41,371 bases of DNA. Source: a virus. Its lineage: Duplodnaviria; Caudoviricetes. The translations under genes and the position numbers were made by a program. The notes below the pieces were generated by a model. That model worked only from the letters and a program-made list of their open reading frames with translations. It did no database searches and had not been told where the DNA came from. Location: the IMG/VR virus record IMGVR_UViG_3300031160_000003, positions 1-41,371 of that record. One strand, given 5' to 3'. Below, piece after piece: positions 34,658 to 41,371 of this stretch (its first letter is position 1; each line of letters begins with the position of its first letter).

Positions 34658-35476
34658 TCAGACGGTCGTGCGGCGGCGCCTCGTCGCCACCACCAGCAGA
34701 CCGCCCGCCACCAGCAGCACCCCAGCGGCAATGCCGATGGTCCTCGCCGGCACGCCGGTCACCGGCAGAGACGCAGCCTGCTTCTGCTGCGCCGGCGTGG
34801 GGCTCGCCCCACCGACGGCGCCGCCGGCCTACTTCGTGGCGGACGCGGACGGGCTCGGCGACGGCGACTCGGTAGCCGGCGGCTTTGGGGTGAAGGTGTA
34901 CTTCTCGCCGAAGAACGTCAGCGACTTGATGACCCCATCACCCTCGACGCCCGAGCCCAGCGAGAACCCGATGGCGCGGATCCAGCCTTCACCACCGAGC
35001 GCGTTGTTCCATTCGGCGAGGGTGCCCCAGTTGTCGGAGCCCTGCCCGCCGCCGTGGTGCGGCGCCTTGTCCTTCAGCTCCTGCGCGGACCCGTTGGACA
35101 GCCACCAGTTCGCGCCGTACACGGCCGGCTCGCCGACCAGGATCCCGTCAGCGCCGGTGCCGCCGGGGATGTCCAGCACGATCTGCAGCCCGGGGGCCGG
35201 TGTGGTGCCGGTCCAGTCGATGGCGGGTGTGCCGACGTTGGACAGGTTCGCGCCCTCCGGCGCCGGGTAGTAGGCGGCGACCTTGGCGTTGCTGCTGTTG
35301 TCGTCGGTCCAGATGTGCAGGCCGTCGGCCGTCACCTTGTAGTGGCCGGCGGACCGGGTGTCGCTGGTGTCCCACGCGGACAGGTCGTGCGAGACGACGT
35401 CCGCTCGTGCCGGGCTGGCGAGTGCCAGCACCACCGCGCCGGCCACGGCGGCGCCGGCCAAAATCCGCTTCACCAA
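34658..35476 (-). pseudogene. Secreted LPXTG cell-wall-anchored protein interrupted by an in-frame TAG (34829-34831)
   Basis: Signal peptide KRILAGAAVAGAVVLALASPARA; PS linker; in frame after TAG: ..SLPVTG, TM helix, RRRR, TGA. Confidence 0.8.
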
Positions 35477-35528
35477 TGTGTCTCCCTTGCTCTCTTGGTC
35501 AGCCCACCCCGGACTGGGATGGGAGTCT

Positions 35529-35765
35529 TCACGCCGCCCGTGCGGCAATCGCCGCCAGCAGCGCCAACGTGCCCTCCCGCGGCCGATGCTCCACCGTGCC
35601 ACGGTCCACGGACGACACCTGCCGGTCGCCGGCCTCCACGCTCCACGCCCACACGCACACATCGTCGGCATCAGGGTCAGGGTCACCCTCGGGCGGCTGC
35701 AGACGTGTGGCCACGATGTAGGCGGCCACCTCGCCGTCCTCGGCAATGGTCACGTCCAGCACCAC
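35529..35765 (-). CDS. Hypothetical protein
   Basis: RBS GAGGAGG before GTG. Confidence 0.65.
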   Translation of the reverse strand: MVLDVTIAEDGEVAAYIVATRLQPPEGDPDPDADDVCVWAWSVEAGDRQVSSVDRGTVEHRPREGTLALLAAIAARAA

Positions 35766-35792
35766 GGCGGCCTCCTCACTTCGGGTAGTCCC

Positions 35793-36038
35793 TCATACGG
35801 TACGAGAGGTGACAACCGGTGGCCCGACCTCCCACTGTTTTCCAATCTCTTCCAGCATTTCGAGGGCCCACCGGTGCTGCCGACATGGCCGCGGCTCCAG
35901 GCAGGCCACGCACAGCCGCCGCATCTGCCACGACCGGACCGGGTGCCGCCACCGCCAGCTGGGCCGGCGGCCGTGCTGCTGCAGCAGCTCGATGGCCCGC
36001 TCCAACGTGACCGCGGTCCGCAGCCCTGGCCAGCTCAT
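35793..36038 (-). CDS. Small Cys-containing hypothetical protein
   Basis: RBS GGGAGG; H..CVAC..PC motif. Confidence 0.6.
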   Translation of the reverse strand: MSWPGLRTAVTLERAIELLQQHGRRPSWRWRHPVRSWQMRRLCVACLEPRPCRQHRWALEMLEEIGKQWEVGPPVVTSRTV

Positions 36039-36214
36039 CTGACCTCCCTGGTCGGGGCGCGGCGGCCGGTGCACCGGTCGGGCCATGAGGGCGGGCCGTG
36101 ACGAATGCCCGGCCGCCGCGCTTGGGTCCGGGGCAGGAGCCCCGGGAGCGAGGGAGCGGCTGTCCGACTGGAGCCAACCTGCCGGTGCCGACCGCACCCT
36201 CAGGTGGCAAGTTA

Positions 36215-36251
36215 CACGGGTTACCCGTGCTAGTCTAGTAACACTTGCTAG
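36215..36251. promoter_or_regulatory. Palindromes upstream of GntR gene (candidate operators)
   Basis: CACGGGT-T-ACCCGTG perfect; CTAGTAA-cac-TTGCTAG with one mismatch; AT-enriched. Confidence 0.45.
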
Positions 36252-36306
36252 GCGACTCCCGGAGGTGATCTACTTGTCGGGCCAACCTGCTGGGAGAAGT
36301 GCCGTC

Positions 36307-36531
36307 ATGTCCGGAAAGTCGTTGCGTGCACAAGTCATCGAAAGTATCCGCGAGAAGATCGAGTCCGGTGTCTGGCCACCTGGCCACAAGCTGCCGACCA
36401 AGCGCGAACTCGCCGTCATGCACGGGGTCTCCATTGCCGTTATCGACGCAGCGATGATTGAGCTGCGCGCGGCCGGGCTAGTCCGAGGGCAGCAAGGCAA
36501 GGCCGTCTACGTCGCTGGCGGGGAGGTGTGA
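36307..36531 (+). CDS. GntR-family winged-HTH regulator (DNA-binding domain only)
   Basis: IREKIESGVWPPGHKLPTKRELAVMHGVS..LRAAGLV..QGKAVYV. Confidence 0.9.
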   Translation: MSGKSLRAQVIESIREKIESGVWPPGHKLPTKRELAVMHGVSIAVIDAAMIELRAAGLVRGQQGKAVYVAGGEV

Positions 36532-36662
36532 TGGAGGTGGTGGACTGGCTGCGGAAGCAGCTCGACGACGACGAGCAGGTAGCCCTGGCCGCGCGCTCCG
36601 AGATGATGCGCCGCATGCTCGCCTACGCCGCGGCGCACATGCCGGCTGGGTGGAAACCGTAG
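36531..36662 (+). CDS. 43-aa DUF6221-like mini-protein
   Basis: MEVVDWLRKQLDDDEQVALAA...RMLAYAAAHMPAGWKP translated by hand; TGATG coupling. Confidence 0.5.
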   Translation: MEVVDWLRKQLDDDEQVALAARSEMMRRMLAYAAAHMPAGWKP

Positions 36663-36808
36663 ATCAACTTGGGGGAGCTGTGGGGGGATTGGCGGGGGCC
36701 GAGGGGTGCCGACAGGCGCCGAGAGGTGCCGTAATGCCAGGTCAGATGGGGTGCCAGGTCCCTGACCTGGGGGGTGCTCCGGGGCCTAACCCAGAGAGGA
36801 GCTGGGCT

Positions 36809-37057
36809 GTGAATGAACCTACCGCCGAGCACCTGATGGAGCACCATGCTGCGGTGCGCGCGGCCGTGGCTGCGACGCTGCGCCAGGTGGCCGGCTGGGG
36901 CCTGGTGTGGGAGCACGACGGCCAGCCGGCGCGCGACGACCTATGCGACATCGCCATGCAGGTTGAGCGCATGGAGCCGGGCGACATGTGCTGCCCGGTG
37001 TGCGAGGAGGTGACCTGCGACGAGGATTGCCCCTTGGCGGGACACCGGCGCCCCTGA
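36809..37057 (+). CDS. Hypothetical protein with CCPVCEEVTCDEDCPL motif
   Basis: RBS GAGGAG; GTG start. Confidence 0.65.
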   Translation: MNEPTAEHLMEHHAAVRAAVAATLRQVAGWGLVWEHDGQPARDDLCDIAMQVERMEPGDMCCPVCEEVTCDEDCPLAGHRRP

Positions 37058-37453
37058 CCTGAGTGCTGGTCGTGGACGTTCGGCTATGCCTGCGTCCACC
37101 GGACGTCGGCGTTCGCATCGAACGCTGACAAACGTCTGACGCGCCATCGTCCGCTTACCCGTGGTCATAGACCCAGGTCAGACCAGATAGTGAGTCAGCA
37201 CATCTCTCAATGGGGGCGGGCGTGGACAACGTGGTCACGACGGAGACGACGCAGGGCATCGAGACGCGGCTGCGGTGGGCGCGGCGGCTGGAGCAGGGCG
37301 CGGCTGGCCGCCGCCTACCTGGCCGGCGGGCTGACGGTGGGAGCCGCGGTGGTGGCGGCGCATGTGACGCCGCTGCCGATCGCGCTGGACCTGGCCCAGT
37401 CGGGGCTGGTGCTGCTGCTGGCGCCTGCTACAGTCGAAACCTCTGATAGTGCG

Positions 37454-37497
37454 GACCTGGTGAGTGCCCATCCCGGCACTCCCAGGTCTTTCGCTTT
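37454..37497 (+). terminator. Intrinsic terminator
   Basis: GACCTGG(T)GAGTGCC...GGCACTCCCAGGTC then TTTCGCTTT. Confidence 0.65.
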
Positions 37498-37592
37498 CCT
37501 GGGCGGTACGCAGCCCTACCCCTCAAGCTGCGTGCGCGCGGACAAACGCCCTCCGACTCCAAGCCGCGCGTCCCGTCACTTTCGCCAGGGTC

Positions 37593-37769
37593 TCACACCT
37601 CGGCCAGCTCGGCGGCGACCTCCGCGTCCAGGTCCACACCGGCCAGCGCCGCATCCACCGCCGCCAGAATCCCCTCATCGACTTCCGCCCGCAGATGGCC
37701 GTACAGGTCGGACGTGACGGCGATGGAGGAGTGGCCAAGCCGCCGCTGGACCGCGGTCAGTGGCTGCGC
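37593..37769 (-). pseudogene. C-terminal remnant of a second tyrosine integrase
   Basis: Translated by hand: AQPLTAVQRRLGHSSIAVTSDLYGHLRAEVDEGILAAVDAAL..AEV*; in-frame TAA shortly upstream. Confidence 0.8.
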
Positions 37770-37866
37770 TAGGGCCGCGTACCTTACTGCCAGTAAGCCA
37801 CGCCGTTACCAATCCGTAACGTGTCCGGGTCGCTACACCCAGCTCCGGCCATCGGATCATCCGGGC

Positions 37867-38139
37867 ATGGACAGAGATCCACTGAGGGCGGTGGTGCTCG
37901 TCCAGCCAGGGCCGCATGCGGACCGCAGACTGGCCGCCTGCTGGGACCACTGCCACCGCCGCGGCCACCACATCGCTGCCGTCGTCACCATCTGGGAGGA
38001 GGCCGCCAAGCTCGTCCTGGCCGGCCACGCCGACATCATCGTCGTGCACTCACCCGCCGAGCTGCCACCCGACCGGGTGCCACGCGTAGAGGTCGCCGGC
38101 CAGGCACCCTCCTCGGCTGGGCGGGCGCGTCGGCTGTGA
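37867..38139 (+). CDS. Small protein resembling a degenerate resolvase N-terminal domain
   Basis: LRAVVLV..CWDHCHRRGHHIAAVV..WEEA..LAGHADIIVV; overlaps the integrase 3' end. Confidence 0.55.
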   Translation: MDRDPLRAVVLVQPGPHADRRLAACWDHCHRRGHHIAAVVTIWEEAAKLVLAGHADIIVVHSPAELPPDRVPRVEVAGQAPSSAGRARRL

Positions 38140-38926
38140 GCGGAAGCCCCGCCACCGCCGACGCCAGCGCGGCCGGTGCGACTGCGCGGTAGATGGCGGT
38201 GGTGCTCGGCCGCGAGTGGCCGAGCAGCTCCTGCACCACCCGCAGGTCCTGTGTGTCCACAAAGGATGCGAAGGAGTGGCGGAGCCGGTGCATCGTCACC
38301 CCGTCGTGGCCGATGTGTGCGAAGTGCGCTGACGCCATGGCCGAGATGTAGCCCGGGGTGGCACGTTCGCCGCTCTGCTTGCGCGCCACCGGGCCGGGCG
38401 GCAGCGTCGACACGGCCTGCCACACGGCCGGATGGGTCGGCACCACGCGGTGCTTATCCGCCTTGCCGTGCAGGTGGGTCAGCTCCGGGCCGACGTCGGC
38501 CCGGTCCAGCCGGGAGATCTCGACGCAGCGGGCGCCCAACCCGGCGGCGATGAGGGCCCACGTCCGGTACGGCTCGGCGGCGTCGGCGAGCAGCCGGCGC
38601 AGCTGCTCCAGGGGCACCGGGCGGGGCTGGCCGGTCTTGCCGCGTGGCCGTGGCACGTCGGCCAGCGGGTTGAGCGCGAGCCACCGGCCCGCGGCGTGCC
38701 GGTAGAAGACCAGCAGCGCCGAGTAGTAGGAGGCGCGGGCGTTCGGTCCGAGCCCGGGGCGGCGCAGCCAGGCGGCCAGCTCCTCGGCGGTCGCCTCGAG
38801 GCCGTGCGGCAGGTCCCGGTCCGCCATGGTGAGCACGGCGCGGCGGTGTCCGACGGTGCGGTCTGACCGGCCGAGCAACACCAGATGATCACAGAATGCT
38901 GTGATCAGGTCAGCACAGGGGGTCAT
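38036..38926 (-). CDS. int: Tyrosine recombinase/integrase (short, XerC/D-like, about 296 aa)
   Basis: GARCVEI (R), GKADK (K), HRLRH, LLGHS, TAIY; no N-terminal arm-binding domain. Confidence 0.92.
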   Translation of the reverse strand: MTPCADLITAFCDHLVLLGRSDRTVGHRRAVLTMADRDLPHGLEATAEELAAWLRRPGLGPNARASYYSALLVFYRHAAGRWLALNPLADVPRPRGKTGQPRPVPLEQLRRLLADAAEPYRTWALIAAGLGARCVEISRLDRADVGPELTHLHGKADKHRVVPTHPAVWQAVSTLPPGPVARKQSGERATPGYISAMASAHFAHIGHDGVTMHRLRHSFASFVDTQDLRVVQELLGHSRPSTTAIYRAVAPAALASAVAGLPLTADAPAQPRRVPGRRPLRVAPGRVAARRVSARR

Positions 38927-39222
38927 GGGACGACAGCCTCCACAGGCGGCGGACCCGGTGACATTGGCCGGTCGGATGATGCACTCTGCGTGATGTCGGC
39001 CGGATGCCCGGCTCTTGCCGCCCGTTCGGTCTCGCGCCGCAGCCGCAGGTCGTGCAGGACCGACTCCTCGACGGTGGCGGTCCGCCATCCGGGCAGGTCG
39101 ATCGGTGGACCGTGCAGGTCGTGCTGGGCGGCCGTGTCGAGGCCGGCGATGCCGAGCAGGATGGCCAGGACGGCGCAGAGCCCGGCGAGCTGCGCGAGGG
39201 CGGCGATCCGGCGGTGTGACAT
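38923..39222 (-). CDS. Membrane protein between repressor and integrase
   Basis: MSHRRIAALAQLAGLCAVLAILLGIAGL TM; ATGA overlap with int. Confidence 0.6.
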   Translation of the reverse strand: MSHRRIAALAQLAGLCAVLAILLGIAGLDTAAQHDLHGPPIDLPGWRTATVEESVLHDLRLRRETERAARAGHPADITQSASSDRPMSPGPPPVEAVVP

Positions 39223-39223
39223 G

Positions 39224-39607
39224 TCAGGCCGCCTGGATGCGGACGGCGCGGGCGGCCGCGGGTGGCCGGGTCGGGACCCCGGCGTGCCGTGCCGGCGGCC
39301 GTGCGGCCGATGCCGGGGTCGGCCGGGCGGTGACGCGGCGGCGACGAACGGCCGGGCTGGATGACTGGGCGATAGTCCCGTCGCGCTTCTGCAGAGCCTC
39401 TCGCGGCAGCAGCTCGACCAGGCAGACCCCCAGTCCTTCGGCGATCTTCTGTAGCTCGCTGATGGTTGGCTCGGCACGGCCATCGACGCGCCGAGCCATG
39501 TAGGTCTGGCTCCAGCCGAGCCGGCGGGCGAGGGCGGCCGCGCTGACCCGGTGTCTGGCCAGGGTGGCGCGCAGCTCTGCTGCGATGAGTTCTCGCATGC
39601 TGTCCAT
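39224..39607 (-). CDS. Immunity repressor (XRE/Cro-CI HTH)
   Basis: VSAAALARRLGWSQTYMARRVDG..PTISELQKIAEGLGV; leaderless ATG at 39607. Confidence 0.85.
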   Translation of the reverse strand: MDSMRELIAAELRATLARHRVSAAALARRLGWSQTYMARRVDGRAEPTISELQKIAEGLGVCLVELLPREALQKRDGTIAQSSSPAVRRRRVTARPTPASAARPPARHAGVPTRPPAAARAVRIQAA

Positions 39608-39614
39608 GGACGCG

Positions 39615-39643
39615 AGGTTAGTCGTATATCGACTAAGCGTCAA
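39615..39643 (-). promoter_or_regulatory. Repressor promoter with operator
   Basis: TTGACG-17 bp-TAACCT on -; palindrome TTAGTCG-tatat-CGACTAA at 39618-39636. Confidence 0.8.
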
Positions 39644-39693
39644 CGGTGCCGGGTCGATTAGTCAACTACAACAAGATTAAGTTGCAGCATGAC

Positions 39694-39722
39694 TTGACAG
39701 CTAGTCAGCATCTGACCAGACT
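39694..39722 (+). promoter_or_regulatory. Early lytic promoter with operator
   Basis: TTGACA-17 bp-CAGACT; TAGTC-N7-GACCA across the spacer; ATG at 39730. Confidence 0.8.
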
Positions 39723-39729
39723 AGGCACC

Positions 39730-39972
39730 ATGCAATCCGCCCCCAAGCCCGAGCATGTAGCCGTCGGCGCGCAGATCCGCTCGGTCCTGGACGAGCTGGG
39801 CATCAGCGGCAATGAGCTGGCCAAGCGGCTCGGCTGGCCGCAGTCCAATGTGGCACGCCGACTGCTCGGCAAGACACCCACAACGGTGCCGGAGCTGCAA
39901 CAGATCGCCGACACCATCGGTGTCCCGGTGTCCCGGCTGCTGCCGGAACAGACCACGGCCGGTGCGGCATGA
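39730..39972 (+). CDS. Cro-like HTH protein
   Basis: ISGNELAKRLGWPQSNVARRLLGKTPTTVPELQQIADTIGV; divergent from repressor. Confidence 0.88.
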   Translation: MQSAPKPEHVAVGAQIRSVLDELGISGNELAKRLGWPQSNVARRLLGKTPTTVPELQQIADTIGVPVSRLLPEQTTAGAA

Positions 39973-40193
39973 CCGACATCACCGCCGGCACCGGCCCCAC
40001 ACACCCCACACCCACACACCCACCCAGCCCGCGACCCGGCGGGCCACCGCCACCCCGACCCCGTACCGACAACCGCACCGACGACGGCGACTGGGGTCCC
40101 GGCGGCAGCTACAACCCCGACAACTGGGGCTGCGGCGCGCTGCTGGCCCCCCTGCTGGCGCTGGTCGCGATCCTGCTGGCGGTGACCGCATGA
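39969..40193 (+). CDS. Pro-rich small membrane protein
   Basis: ATGA coupling; C-terminal TM GCGALLAPLLALVAILLAV. Confidence 0.65.
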   Translation: MTDITAGTGPTHPTPTHPPSPRPGGPPPPRPRTDNRTDDGDWGPGGSYNPDNWGCGALLAPLLALVAILLAVTA

Positions 40194-40879
40194 GCACCTA
40201 CGTTCTGCCCGCAGCCACACTGGCCAATCCGTACTGGGACGCCGTCCGCGACCACGTCGACCCAACCGGCTCCCTCTGGGGCACCCCAACCGTCGACGGC
40301 CTCGGCCGCTACCGGACCCCCGACGGCCGCATCGACCTCGCGCGGTGGAACCAGGAGGCGCTGAAGCGGCACGACTTCACCGCCAGGTACGCGTGGACCA
40401 TCACCGACCCGGCCACCGTCGACTTCGTCATCCGCCACGCCGGGCCGCGGCTGGTCGACCCGCTCGCCGGCACCGGCTACTGGGCGTGGCTGCTCAGCCA
40501 AGCCGGCGTGGACGTGGTCGCCTACGACCAGCACCCGCCCACGGTCGACTCCGAGTCGAACAGGTGGCACCGCAACGTGGCCGCCCACTGCCCGGTGATG
40601 CAGGGCGACGCCGTGGACACGGTGACCGTCCACGGTGACCGGACGCTGCTGCTGGCCTGGCCGCCCTGCGCTTCGCCGCTAGGCGCCGATGTCCTCAGGG
40701 CGTACGCCGGGCCGCGGGTCATCTACATCGGCGAGGGCCAGTTCGGCTGCTGCGGCGACGACGCCATGTTCGACTTGCTCGCCCGGGACTGGGTTGAGGT
40801 GGCCGACCACGTGCCCGTGCAGTGGGACGGCCTGCACGACGTGGTGCGGGTCTACCACCGGGCAGAGGTGACCCCGTGA
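40190..40879 (+). CDS. Class I SAM-dependent methyltransferase-like protein
   Basis: YAWT..LVDPLAGTGYWAWLL..VVAYD..LLLAWPP..VIYIGE. Confidence 0.8.
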   Translation: MSTYVLPAATLANPYWDAVRDHVDPTGSLWGTPTVDGLGRYRTPDGRIDLARWNQEALKRHDFTARYAWTITDPATVDFVIRHAGPRLVDPLAGTGYWAWLLSQAGVDVVAYDQHPPTVDSESNRWHRNVAAHCPVMQGDAVDTVTVHGDRTLLLAWPPCASPLGADVLRAYAGPRVIYIGEGQFGCCGDDAMFDLLARDWVEVADHVPVQWDGLHDVVRVYHRAEVTP

Positions 40880-41193
40880 GCCGCCGCCGTGCCGACGCGG
40901 CGCTGGCCGCCATCCGCCACACCGCCCTGGCCTGCCTGCTCCTCATCGGTCTGTGGTCGTGGCTGTGCACCCCGGCCGGCGCCGCCGAGGTCAACCTCGG
41001 CCCCGGCGCGGCACCAGCCCCGGAGTCCGAGCCGCTGGCCGCCCCACTGTCCACCCTCGGCCTGCTGCTGCTGGCCGCTGGCATCGGCGCCATCAGGAGC
41101 AGGCGGGCCGCCCGTCGCGACCCGAAGCCGCAGCCACCCCCGTACCCGTGGCCATCCCCCTGGCCCGTCCCCCGCAGCCGCGACCGCAGATAA
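40876..41193 (+). CDS. Membrane protein
   Basis: GTGA coupling; two hydrophobic segments. Confidence 0.6.
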   Translation: MSRRRADAALAAIRHTALACLLLIGLWSWLCTPAGAAEVNLGPGAAPAPESEPLAAPLSTLGLLLLAAGIGAIRSRRAARRDPKPQPPPYPWPSPWPVPRSRDRR

Positions 41194-41244
41194 GGACCAG
41201 CGGCGCCACACGTGAGCCGACCGACCGTGGCGCCGCCAGACACA

Positions 41245-41371
41245 AGGGAGTATCCCATGAGCCACACACCGCCGGTCGACCCGTCGCCGGCAGCCGCCGC
41301 CGCCGAGGTGCCGCCCGAGCTGGCACCCCGGCCCATGACCGGCCCGGAGGCGCTCGACGCCGCCGCCGCGG
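41245..41371. repeat. Direct terminal repeat copy 2 (circular assembly overlap)
   Basis: Identical to 1-127. Confidence 0.95.

Noticed and set aside
34829-34831. Genome-wide amber recoding
   Set aside because: Portal, capsid, tail terminator and large tail genes end normally in TAG, and no suppressor tRNA was seen
37210-37500. Frameshifted small membrane gene
   Set aside because: Two overlapping frames each look partly plausible, but there is no clear RBS or motif
37058-37590. tRNA gene or tRNA-derived attP core
   Set aside because: No convincing TTCGAA T-arm with acceptor stem or cloverleaf recognised; tRNAscan-SE/ARAGORN would settle it

Overview
The window is an apparently complete, circularly assembled temperate actinobacteriophage (siphovirus) genome of 41,244 bp. 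Bases 1-127 are repeated exactly at 41245-41371, most likely an assembler k-mer overlap. It is very GC-rich and encodes WhiB, GntR, a GH25 lysin and no LysB, which points to a non-mycolic actinomycete host, possibly Micromonosporaceae-like (inference). Order: an early/replication arm on + (hexapeptide-repeat protein, C5 methyltransferase, YqaJ/RecT, Holliday resolvase, HIT, WhiB fusion, a TcmP-like/HNH/ParB-radical-SAM module, replication initiator); GT-A glycosyltransferase, HNH and a probable cos region; terminase, portal, scaffold, capsid, GT-B glycosyltransferase, head-tail and tail genes with a GGGAAAA -1 frameshift; lysis; an accessory region; a tyrosine integrase; and a cI/cro-like switch. 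The best candidate for an undescribed system is the three-gene module at 6898-9436: a TcmP-like SAM-binding protein, an HNH nuclease, and a ParB-DUF5131 (CxxxCxxC radical-SAM-like) fusion. Other notable items are an LPVTG sortase-anchored protein whose anchor lies in frame behind an amber stop, an inverted-repeat-bracketed two-gene cassette, a remnant of a second integrase next to two palindromes, and several internally collapsed mini-genes. All family assignments are from motif recognition by eye; no database searches were run.
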